DNA of 64,000 bases from assembly GCF_009914755.1 (NCBI RefSeq), contig NC_060925.1; one strand, written 5' to 3'. The stretch comes from the human T2T-CHM13v2.0 reference genome, Homo sapiens. Shown here in pieces: positions 1 to 15,428 of this stretch. The notes under the pieces are model-generated. The model made no database searches, was not told the DNA's origin, and saw only the letters and a list, made by a program, of their open reading frames with translations. Position 1 is the stretch's first letter. The number at the start of each line of letters is the position of its first letter. The translations under genes were made by a program, and so were the position numbers.

Positions 1-234
1 CTACACTGAATCATTCTTTTTTTTTTTTTTTAATACTTTAAGTTTTAGGGTACATGTGCACATTGTGCAGGTTAGTTACATATGTATACATGTGCCATGC
101 TGGTGCGCTGCACCCACTAACTCGTCATCTAGCATTAGGTATATCTCCCAATGCTATCCCTCCCCCCTCCCCCCACCCCACCACAGTCCCCAGAGTGTGA
201 TATTCCCCTTCCTGTGTCCATGTGATCTCATTGT

Positions 235-4087
<3,853 letters not shown>

Positions 4088-4123
4088 TTAGTTGATGCAG
4101 TTTCTTCCTAGTCTCGATGGTCT

Positions 4124-5140
4124 TTACATTTTGGCATGATTTTGCAGCGGCTGGTACCGGTTGTTCCTTTCCATGTTTAGCACTTCCTTCAGGAGCTCTT
4201 TTAGGGCAGGCCTGGTGGTGACAAAATCTCTCAGCATTTGCTTGTCTGTAAAGTATTTTATTTCTCCTTCACTTATGAAGCTTAGTTTGGCTGGATATGA
4301 AATTCTGGGTTGAAAATTCTTTTCTTTAAGAATGTTGAATATTGGCCCCCACTCTCTTCTGGCTTGTAGGGTTTCTGCCGAGAGATCCGCTGTTAGTCTG
4401 ATGGGCTTCCCTTTGAGGGTAACCCGACCTTTCTCTCTGGCTGCCCTTAACATTTTTCCCTTCATTTCAACTTTGGTGAATCTGACAATTATGTGTCTTG
4501 GAGTTGCTCTTCTCGAGGAGTATCTTTGTGGCGTTCTCTGTATTTCCTGAATCTGAACGTTGGCCTGCCTTGCTAGATTGGGGAAGTTCTCCTGGATAAT
4601 ATCCTGCAGAGTGTTTTCCAACTTGGTTCCATTCTCCGCCTCACTTTCAGGTACACCAATCAGACATAGATTTGGTCTTTTCACATAGTCCCATATTTCT
4701 TGGAGGCTTTGCTCATTTCTTTTTATTCTTTTTTCTCTAAACTTCCCTTCTCGCTTCCTTTCATTCATTTCATCTTCCATTGCTGATACCCTTTCTTCCA
4801 GTTGATCGCATCAGCTCCTGAGGCTTCTGCATTCTTCACGTAGTTCTCGAGCCTTGGTTTTCAGCTCCATCAGCTCCTTTAAGCACTTCTCTGTATTCGT
4901 TATTCTAGTTATACATTCTTCTAAATTTTTTTCAAAGTTTTCAACTTCTTTGCCTTTGGTTTGAATGTGCTCCTGTAGCTCAGAGTAATTTGATCGTCTG
5001 AAGCCTTCTTCTCTCAGCTCGTCAAAATCATTCTCCATCCAGCTTTGTTCCGTTGCTGGTGAGGAACTGCGTTCCTTTGGAGGAGGAGAGGCGCTCTGCA
5101 TTTTAGAGTTTCCAGTTTTTCTGTTCTGTTTTTTCCCCAT
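4124..5140 (-). pseudogene. L1 ORF1p, disrupted by a nonsense codon at codon 110 (CGA>TGA, 4811-4813)
   Basis: MGKKQNRKTGNSK... through ...YQPLQNHAKM* spans 1017 nt in one frame. It is split into the 109-aa and 218-aa ORFs of the track by one stop where LRSRCDQ is expected. Confidence 0.95.
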
Positions 5141-5532
5141 CTTTGTGGTTTTCTCTACTTTTGGTCTTTGATGATGGTGATGTACAGATGGGTTTTCGGT
5201 GTGGATGTCCTTTCTGTTTGTTAGTTTTCCTTCTAACAGACAGGACCCTCAGCTGCAGGTCTGTTGGAATACCCTGCCGTGTGAGGTGTCAGTGTGCCCC
5301 TGCTGGGGGGTGCCTCCCAGTTAGGCTGCTCGGGGGTCAGGGGTCAGGGACCCACTTGAGGAGGCAGTCTGCCCGTTCTCAGATCTCCAGCTGCGTGCTG
5401 GGAGAACCACTGCTCTCTTCAAAGCTCAGATGGAAATGCAGAAATCACCCGTCTTCTGCGTCGCTCACGCTGGGAGCTGTAGACCGGAGCTGTTCCTATT
5501 CGGCCATCTTGGCTCCTCCCCCCTACACTGAA

Positions 5533-5740
5533 TCATTTATTTTGAGCCAGGGCTTGAAGCAGACAATCCAAGCATCCTTCTAAACTATCCTCAGTCTTGT
5601 CAACAGCTGTTATCTTCAGCTTCTTCAAGGTATCACTGAGATTATCCATGTTGCTCCCCGAGGGTGAGGAACCGGCGGGGCGAGGCGAAGGTCTCTGGTG
5701 CGGGCGGCGCGGCTCTGTGTCCTCCCTCTACCTCCGTCTC
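5533..5740 (-). pseudogene. RAP1GDS1: Processed (retro)copy of the RAP1GDS1/SmgGDS 5' end: GC-rich 5'UTR plus first 37 codons
   Basis: Minus strand 5649-5533 translates [38 protein letters not shown], matching the SmgGDS N-terminus as I recall it (…QALAQNNTETSEK). The ATG is joined without an intron to downstream codons and is preceded by ~90 nt of CpG-rich leader. The ORF is too short to appear in the supplied track. Confidence 0.85.
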
Positions 5741-5902
5741 TATTTATTTATTTTTTAAGAGACAGGTCCTATGTTGCCCAGGCTGGTCATTTACAGGCAC
5801 AATCATTGTGCACTGTGGCCTCAAGCTCCTGGGCTCAAGCGATCTTCCCACCTCAGCTTCCCGAGTAGCCAGGAGTACAGGCACGTGTCACCATACCTGG
5901 CT
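5741..5902 (-). mobile_element. Alu monomer (FAM/FRAM-like)
   Basis: Single ~160-nt arm with a TATTTATTTATTTTTT tail and a 7SL-like TTTACAGGCACAATC segment. Confidence 0.7.
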
Positions 5903-5904
5903 TC

Positions 5905-6040
5905 CATTTACTTTTTAAAACAGGTGAAGAGATTTTGAGACCCAGAATGCATTTGTGACTTGCCCAAAGTTACCTGGCTAGTAAGTGGCAGAGCTAAGCC
6001 TAGACTCTGGGTCTTAAGCATAGTTCAAGGCGCTTTCCAC
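5905..6040 (+). mobile_element. MIR fragment
   Basis: MIR core-like GTGACTTGCCCAAAGTTAC...CTAGTAAGTGGCAGAGC. Confidence 0.6.
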
Positions 6041-9000
6041 AGAGTGTAGATGGAGTTTCACATTTTTCATCCAGATTCCTTAAGGACCTGAACTTGCTAA
6101 TTTGATCTACTAACCTGGAAATTGACTAGGGCTTCTCTTATACCACTCAGCCCTTTAAAGTTTTGCCAGTAAAGTATCAACATGGTTAATAATATGCTGT
6201 AATTTAGAGCACACAAGCCAATGGACATACAAATTTGGTCATTCAGTAGCCACCCAGAGAGTGAGCACAGATACACACTGGAGCAGCTGATTTGGCAAGA
6301 TTGGTGGAGGCTGAACATATTAACTAGTCATTAAATGAATCATGGTCTTTCTGTCCTCAACATTTACAGGATTGCTTTGGCTCTGGCATCTGTTGTTAGT
6401 CAATACTGATTAAGGACCCACCTATTCTTGGTGATAGGTGTTCATTAAACATTCTAAATATACCCTGTCCTCAAGAGAATTCCTTACTGGGCCTGGGGGT
6501 TGTTCCTCCTGCACCCCCACACAAAAAGAGACTTCCTTCTAATAAAGGCAAGATAAATATCCAAATAACACATGAGAACTGATAATGACACATGCAGCCA
6601 ATCTGATGACTGTGTAGACTTCATTCCATTTAGATCTATAGTTTCACAGAATCAAGAATTTTATTTTTTTCCCCTCCTTTTCATTGTTGTTATGAGCCAT
6701 GTAAGGGGACTCATTGTCCCAGGGACGGGTATTTGGGAGGGGGAGATCTTTATGGATACCCTTTCTTCTCAGTGGCTTATTGCTATTTGGCATACTAAAG
6801 TACAATTTGCTAGCCAGGAGGAGTTTCTGGCTGTAGATCAAACTTCTCCGCTCATGCCTGGTGCCAGAGAGATGCTTGCTCTTAAGGGGGTGGTTACTGC
6901 TTTGATAATAAGTGTGTGGATTTCTGAGTGACGTCATTCCACTTTGGCACAGACAGGTATTTATTTCTCTAGAATGAACTACCAGGGGTGAGCCAGACTG
7001 TCTGCCTCAGTCATTTCCCAAGGTTTCATTTATTTTAAAAATCTGCTAACACATCTGTGTGTATTTTTTTTCTCTGTATGTTTGTCAAGTGCTATAATTA
7101 CTTATAGGGCTTCTGGTGACATCTTAATTAACTAGAGAAGAAAAAATCAAAGATATAATTGTAGAGTTGTTCACAGGTTTTTCTATGGACTTTGTGGATC
7201 CAACTGTCAACATGATATTGATGGTTATGAATTCTTTTTAAGCTGAGAAACGTATAAATTTTATGTTCCTCGGTCATTGATCACACCTTTGTTCTGTCTT
7301 TTACCCTTGCTATGGTGTTTTAGTTTAACTGAGTGAATGAGTCAGCTCAGGCCTTTGATGTGATCACAGCCTATTTTGGGGGGCTTTCAGGGAGCATATT
7401 TAATACCTAAGTGCATTTCTAGGCCCTTAGTTCTATGGATTATATTGGGGTGGCATTGTAGCATGTAGATTGTACCAAGAGGGTTTAAAAGCCTCTTTAT
7501 TCATTCCTCCCTATAGTTCTGGGAATGCTAGTGCTAACACATGGGATGTAAACAAAGGGAAGGTCCCAGGTCTACAGAAGCTATAGAGGGAGCTGGTGGG
7601 CAGGCAGATTTTCTAAGTCAGCCAAATCAGGGTTTTGCAGTGGGTTCATCCAAGCCAATGTACACACAAGCCACAAGACCAGGATAAGATGTGGGTTGTG
7701 GCTGATGCACAGTTTAGGAGCAGGAAAGCCATGTCTTGGATCCAGGAAGTCTGCAAACATGGGAGAAGCAGGTCAGAAAAAAGAATGTTGATCCTGTTAT
7801 TCCTAGAATAGTGGCTAGCCCATAATAGGAGGCTCAATTAATATTTGTTAAATGAATGAATGAAATAAGAAGACATCAGGGACTCAGAGAAGGAGCCTGG
7901 ACAATAAGATATCAGAAACTAGGCAAGAAATGTGGATGGCAGAGATTCAAATCTTGTGTAGACCCCCGTGTCTGGTCTTATGGGATCCATAGATCTATCT
8001 TAAGAGATATGAAGACCCTCCATTTGCCTCCTTTCTGCTGTGAGCACCGTGCCATAGGGGTGGTTGAAAGGAAGGCAGAATCTCTCACTTAACATAAATT
8101 GATGGAGACATTTCCAGTTAGTGTCTACGATAGCTTAAATTTGGGGACCATTCCTAGTTCTCTGACCTAACCCACAAGAACCTTGGTCCTATAATCATTC
8201 AGGAAATCGTAAGCACTTAATAGATGTCAGACATGGTGCTAGTCCAGTTCTCTACTTCAAAGCAGATTCCTAAGGTCCGGCTCTTGGGCATGCTGTTCTC
8301 TCAAGGGTGTGGTTCTGCTCCATGGAACTAATCCAGAGCCACAAGAATCTTATTTTCATACAGTCCTTCCCCCAAACCTGATTATAGGGGACAATTTAGG
8401 CTATTTTGAGAAGGTGGGTCTACCACTGCTTGAATCCTTTCTAATCATCTGTCTAGGCTACCGAAGACAATTTGTGGTACTCACTTGTCCCTGAAAATTT
8501 GAAAGTTCATTTCTCCATATGTAGACTATATTATTTTTGCCTTTGGCACTTTTCTCTGTCTCTGAACTCTCCTCCTCTGATCTCATTGCTGGCAACGCTG
8601 AAGCCAAAGCTGTGATAAGCCCAGAGAAGTGTGCCCGCCCCCTGCCTGCCCGTCTGTCTTTGAAAGATACCTTCAGGCTGCCGCTGTACTACTGGGTCAC
8701 AAAACCAGCATCCACCATTACAGGCAGAATCGTTTTCAAGTCATTTCCTACCTTGGTGATTTTTACCCCCTCCTTCTTTTAACACCTTCCCCAGCAAATC
8801 CAATCCATCCTCTGGCTTATCTGGGTCAGCAAGGGTCTGATTTTATGCATGACACTGTCAGACCATAAATCCGCTGCAGCTTTGCCTCTCTATCCAGCCT
8901 GCCTGCTTCTGTCAGCATCAGCAAAATGCATAATAGAGAAAATAAGCCAGAAAGGCTAATAACACTCATCTGAATAAAATAATCTCTTTGGCTGCCTCAG

Positions 9001-11996
9001 TTCATTTCATTTTAATCAAGGTGCCAGGAGGGAATTTAGGTTAAAAAATCCAACCTCCTTCTTGTCACAAGTTCCCTGTCCAACCATCACTTAAATGATT
9101 CCTTTTATCATGCATGTACCTTTTTTTATTCACCACATACTTGTATGTTCAATAACATATATTGAATGATGTATTTAACTCTTTAAGTTTTGTCTATCAT
9201 CACAGATAGGTCTGTTTTTAAAAGCGAGAAATTATATTCTGCTTAGATGTATTGATAGTTGCCATCTCTCTATGCAGATTGGCGGGTTTGATAGGAATTC
9301 TGAGACAGGGGATGGGAGCTTAGTATAAGTTGCTGAAGCATCTAGGGTTTTGGCAATCTGTGCTCCCTTTGGATTCCTTTCTGTCAACCTCAGCACACAG
9401 TTCCCAGTGTGGAATGCAGGACTGATTGTTCTACCTTGTCCCTTAGGGAAAGGACAGTGGGAGATTAAAATCTGCTCTCCTGTTGGTATCTCTCTCACGT
9501 CTTCCCAGAGCCTTACGGCTGCTTTGTTAATTGCCTGTTGCTGCTGTCTTACTCAAACCATTATTTGCTGAAGGCTGTGCATTTTCAGCAGGCAGCAATC
9601 TTGGCCCTGGCCCAGAGCCGGGTGAGAAGCATGTTGGAAATTGATGAAAGCTGAGTCCTAGTTTGTTTGGAAATAAAAATAATAATATTTCTTCACATTT
9701 GTATAGTGCTGAACTATTGGCATAGTTCTTTTGCATCCATCATTTCATTTGATCCACACAACAGCCCTGAGAGGTGAGCAACTTAGAGACTATTGGCCCA
9801 AAAGGAAACACACCTCGTTATAGCAATGCAGAAGCTCAAGCTATATTCCAGCAATGCCAGCCTCATGCCATGCATTCCATCTGCACAGCCATGAACGTAG
9901 CAATTATTAATTAAATGGCACCTTAGGTCAGGAGAGCGTCTAGGATTTTACAGCCATACTTTGAAGATCTTTGAGGAGTGAGATGTATACCAATAGGGCA
10001 CGTGTCCATTTTATAGATGAGATGATAAAAACCAAACAGAGGTGATATGGAAAAGAACCATAATAGAGAGGCCAACTTGGACCTTTATGGACTTGGCTCT
10101 TCACCATGGATATTTTAGAGAAATCCCTTTAAGCGCTTGTTGCTAAGTTTGTTGAACGTCCATAAATAGTCCAAGGTGAGGGAGAAAAGCTGGTCTAATG
10201 TCTTCGAAGCTAATGATTCAGCTATGCAGGTTTATCTCTTTCAGTGCATTTACAGTGATAATGTCTTCTGCAGATGTACAGGCAGCATGTGACTTTCCGG
10301 GTCTCCTTTCGACTCCAGAGTCATTCCCTCTCAAGTACAGTATGATGTTTTCTTGATCTTCCTCCTGAAAAACATTTTAAGTAAGAAAAATACTCCTAGG
10401 TATTTTGTCTGCTTTTTAGGGATTAGTGTTTGAGGAGGTTTGCAGCTGCTCAGCACATTCCTAAGGGATGCAGACCCTTTCCTTTAAAGGCCCAAGTATT
10501 ATACAACCTAAGGCTCTGGGGGTGGGGAAAGTAAAGAGACTGTGCAAACAAATGATAGATGGAAAAGATATAAAGACAAATTTCAATCTCCTAACCAAAC
10601 GAAGTTCCCTTGGCTTCAGCGGTCCCAAATAAAATGAGGCTGCAAAGCTTCTGGAGCAGGAAACCACTCTAGCAGAGCCTTAATATGCTCCCTATGAAAT
10701 CACGTCTCGTTGCCGTGCTTATTTTCCAGCCTGAAGTGTGTTTCATCTTTGTTCGTGTTGGCTGGGAAAATTGTCTGTATATTTGTGATCCCCTCCTCCC
10801 ACTTTCTCTCTACCTTACTTGCTCTACCACTACCCAAAAATAAATAAATGAATTAATTGAAACACCTCAGTTGAAAGGAAGAATATGTCTGAGAAAGCTT
10901 ACAGACTCAAAGGACCAGAAATATTGTGTGAAAAGCTGCATTAATAGTAGGAGAGGCTGAGAACTCCTGGAAGAAACAGCCAACAGGATCTAGTGCTGGT
11001 TTTTTAAGCATAGACTCCTTTTTTAAAATAAAAATCTTGCATAGAGCCTCAATATATGAAACAGATCAAAGCAGTATTTTTATTGGTATAAATCTGCTTT
11101 TAAAGTACAAATTTATAGAGTACTTATTATACTGTCAGTCAATGAGAACAATGAGGCTGTTTTCATGAACTAAAAATATTGAGATCAGGATTATGAATCA
11201 GTTATAGTTTGATATTCATTTCAGCATCTGGTTTTGGTTTAGGTAGTCAGTCCAATATCAAGAAAATTCTGATTAGCATAGATAAGTTATTGTAATCTTG
11301 AGCTTTAAATTGATTTAGATGGAAAAAAGAAGATATTTTTGTTTTAAAGTTGAGTCACTATCATCACCTAGCAGCTATTCCCCTTCATAAATATTAATTG
11401 GATAAGCCCCAACATGTATAATAGGCATCGCAACAACTGATGATGAGATGGTATGATATTAAGCATGTTGATTTTCGCTACCCAACCACGGTCTAACATG
11501 AACCCAGCCTAGGCCCTTGAGCCTTCTATGGCATGTGATTGAACCTTGCTGCTGTGTGTCAAGTTATAGGCTCACCTGTACAGCTTTATTGGAGGAGGCA
11601 CACACAGGCTTGAATGAAAAAATAAACCTATGCAAAGCTACATGTATTCTAATTAATAGCATATTGTTCAGAAGTTCCAAGGCATACAGTGATTCTTTCT
11701 TCCAGGGTTTACATAAAACAATGCTAGCAGCCTGCGAGACATTGCAGTGGTATCTAATGCAGGGAGACTGGGTCCTGGGTCTCTTGCTCATGTCAGTGAG
11801 GGTTGCTCATTTGAATGGATGTGTCACCGTTTTTTAAATTGAAATGTGATTTTCTGCTAATTCCAGAGTATCTCAGAACACAGTTTAAAAGCTCCTGCTC
11901 TCTGAAACCAATACTAATACTGTAACTATCGCACAAAATGCTGTAAGGATGGAAATAAATACATGTGAAAAGTACTTATAGCACCTTGCAAGTTCT

Positions 11997-12288
<292 letters not shown>

Positions 12289-13078
12289 CACCTTACAAGT
12301 TCTCAATAAAACTTATTAGCATTAAGTGATAAGGCATTTTATTTTAAAAGATTTCTACTTCCAGCCATCCTGTTTATTGACCCATCTTTGTTCAGTCATC
12401 TTTTCTTTTGAGGACACCCTGGGGATATGTGCTCTGCATCCTTTTCCATGGTGTTAGGTTGATTTTGCCTCCTCTGCTTCCTTTTGATCTGCGGTCTACC
12501 TTTCTGAGCTAGCTGGCCTTTTGTTTGTACCACCATTAAAGTTCTACTTTACTATAGGTCTTTCTTTGTCTCCCTTACTATATTGCAGCATTTGCACTTT
12601 TATAACCACTAAAGCACCTAACACCATGCCTTGTTCATTTAAGATACAAATGTGTGTACATTTGTGGAATTGAATTGTGGCATTATTTGTGTGTATGTAA
12701 AGTGCTATAGGGAAAGAACCAGTATAGACCCCCCCCAATCCATCTTCTCCCTTAAGAAATAGATTGAAACCAGTTGTCAATGTAAAGTCTCATGAGATCT
12801 GCCCCTTTAAAAAGCATGCTTACTGAGGACATGGGTATCTTGCCGAGAGACACCACTTGATTAAAATGTAAATTAGGTTATTTAGAATTTTGTAACTGAA
12901 ATCTAATTGGAATCATTTTGAAAGTTTTCTTGCAATGGAAACATCAGATGCTATGGAATGCATGTGTTCAAATATCTTACCATTTTGAATTTAGGATTGT
13001 TTCCAGTTCACTTTTTTTTCCCCAGATACTAAACATTTTGAAAGGAGTAAATTAATTATGTGTCTCTCTTCCTCTCAG

Positions 13079-13126
13079 CTGGTATATTTTTGATTTCCAT
13101 AGAAATCTTTCAGTTTCCCTAAAAAG
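13079..13126 (+). other. Candidate 48-nt in-frame cassette exon of SRGAP2 (unverified)
   Basis: Pyrimidine tract TGTCTCTCTTCCTCTCAG acceptor and consensus AAG|GTAAGT donor. Length is a multiple of 3, and only the host reading frame is stop-free. Confidence 0.35.
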
Positions 13127-13926
13127 GTAAGTGTTGTCACAGTGATTGGCACGCTTAAGAGTTAGTGATTTTGGCTACAGAAGAGTGATGCCTGGGGCAG
13201 GGGGTGAGTGGTACCTGGATATAGGTTTAGAACAGTTTCAATTTGGACTCTAATATTAATTGGTTTGAAGTAACTTCTTGGTTGGGTTAGACAGATATTT
13301 GATTTGTCTGATGTATTCTGAAGTCCAAGTAAGTATGGCATGATTATTTGTTAATAGTTACTACTATAGAATTGGAAAAGCCTTCTAAGTTGAACTTCAT
13401 GGTTTACAAATCACAAGTGCCTGGCCTTTAGTGCTGAATGGAGGCAGTACTGACTCAATAACCAAGCTACTCTCAACTCACTTTCTTTGTAGTAGGAGTC
13501 TGACTGGAGCAGGGAAGAGAGGAAAGGGGGAAAGAAACAGATAGTTATTATTTGCAGTGAATGACAGTACTCGCTTTGCAGTTATAGGCTTGGTTTGAAT
13601 TCTGGAATTGCCACTTTTTAGCTATATGACCTTGGGCAAAGTGTTTAAAAATTTTTAGTCTACTTTTCCTCATCTGCCAAATGTGGTTAATAACACCCAC
13701 CTCATCAGGTAGTTGTGGGGTTTAAGTCAAACAACATGTATAAAGGGCCCAGATATGTGTACAGTATCCCTTGATAAATAGTACTGCAAATTATTCCTAC
13801 TTTTGTTTCTCTCCTTAAAGAAATCCAACTTCCAAATGTAGAACTTTCTGTTGCTTAAGTTAATGCTGAGTTGGTAATCAATAATTCTTTTGGATCACAA
13901 TGTTTTCATTAGAAATGAGCATCTAG

Positions 13927-14244
<318 letters not shown>

Positions 14245-15056
14245 TTACTGCTCCACTCAAGCTGTAGACATTTTAGGAACGCATGTTCAGGTATGGTTTG
14301 TGTTCTTGATTGTATGGGACATGAGATCATGGCTCAATAAATGAAATCAAAACTTCCTTAGATGTGTTCTGTGGAACTCCAGAGTTTTCAGTAACATTTT
14401 AATGGCATATGTCTCCAAATTTGCCTTTATTAAATCCTACAATGGATACATTTGTGGGGATTTTGTAGTGCTGTAGTGATTTTTGTCTCTAGACAAAATC
14501 TCTAACTTTGGTTTCTAACCCTAGAGACAAACCAAATGACTTAGTGGCTAAAATGATGGACTTCAGAATCACCTTAGACCTGGTCTAGCCAGACAATGCA
14601 GAACTGTTGTTCTAGTCCCTGGCGCCCTCTTACTTGTTGTGTTAGTCTTACTCGCTGTAGACAAGTGACAACCTCTCTGAGCTTCAGTTTTCTAATCAGT
14701 TGAAGGGGGATAATGGTAGTTCTTTCCTTAAAATGAAATGATAGAGCTTAGATGAGATGAGATAATACGTATAAAGCATTCACCAAGTTCTTAGAACATA
14801 GTAGGTGCCTAACAGATAATCCTGTTTCTCCTTGCACATCCCCTCTTCCCTCCCTCTCCTTCTTGTCCTTATTTTCTCCTTTTTTCTCCACTGAGTTTTT
14901 AGAAAAGGAGAAAACTAGAGAGGTGAGCTTCAGGAAAAATATCTTTATTTCTGGATTGGCTTTGATTGCTGTGATTTTAGGACACGGACTATAGTTGTAG
15001 ATGTTGCCCTGGCTGCGTATCAACAATGACTTCTTTTCCTTGATGTTTCTTCACAG

Positions 15057-15219
15057 GAAGGATCAGAATGTTCTCTCTCCAGTCAACTGCTGGAATCTCC
15101 TCTTAAACCAGGTGAAGCGGGAAAGCAGGGACCATACCACCCTGAGTGACATCTACCTGAATAATATCATTCCTCGATTTGTACAAGTCAGCGAGGACTC
15201 AGGAAGACTCTTTAAAAAG
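15057..15219 (+). CDS. SRGAP2: SRGAP2-family coding exon (third coding exon, 163 nt, F-BAR domain, residues ~87-141)
   Basis: TTTCTTCACAG| acceptor and AAG|GTACAG donor. Translates (K)KDQNVLSPVNCWNLLLNQVKRESRDHTTLSDIYLNNIIPRFVQVSEDSGRLFKK, recognised as the SRGAP2 F-BAR. Phase 2 in, phase 0 out, and it splices in frame to 56200. Confidence 0.96.
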
Positions 15220-15289
15220 GTACAGAGATATTTCTAGTCACAGAGGTTCTTGGGTGGAGCAATGACACAATTTTTAAAATCCTATTAGA

Positions 15290-15428
15290 TATTATGTTGA
15301 TTACCTGGGTGACAAAATTATCTGTACACCAGACCCCCATGACATGCAATTTACCCATGTAACAAACTTGCACATATACCCCCCTTGAACCTAAAATAAA
15401 AGTTGGAAAGAAAAAATAAAAGAAAGAA
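15290..15428 (+). mobile_element. Old L1PA (L1PA13-16-like) 3' end with poly(A) signal
   Basis: CTGGGTGACAAAATTATCTGTACACC...CATGTAACAAACTTGCACAT...AACCTAAAATAAAAG followed by an A-rich tail. Confidence 0.8.

Noticed and set aside
8560-9050. Repeat-free stretch resembling an enhancer (TCF-like CTTTGAA)
   Set aside because: Conservation and chromatin state cannot be judged from this sequence alone.
15001-15237. 78-aa ORF as a stand-alone gene
   Set aside because: Only 15057-15219 is exonic; the flanking residues are intronic read-through.
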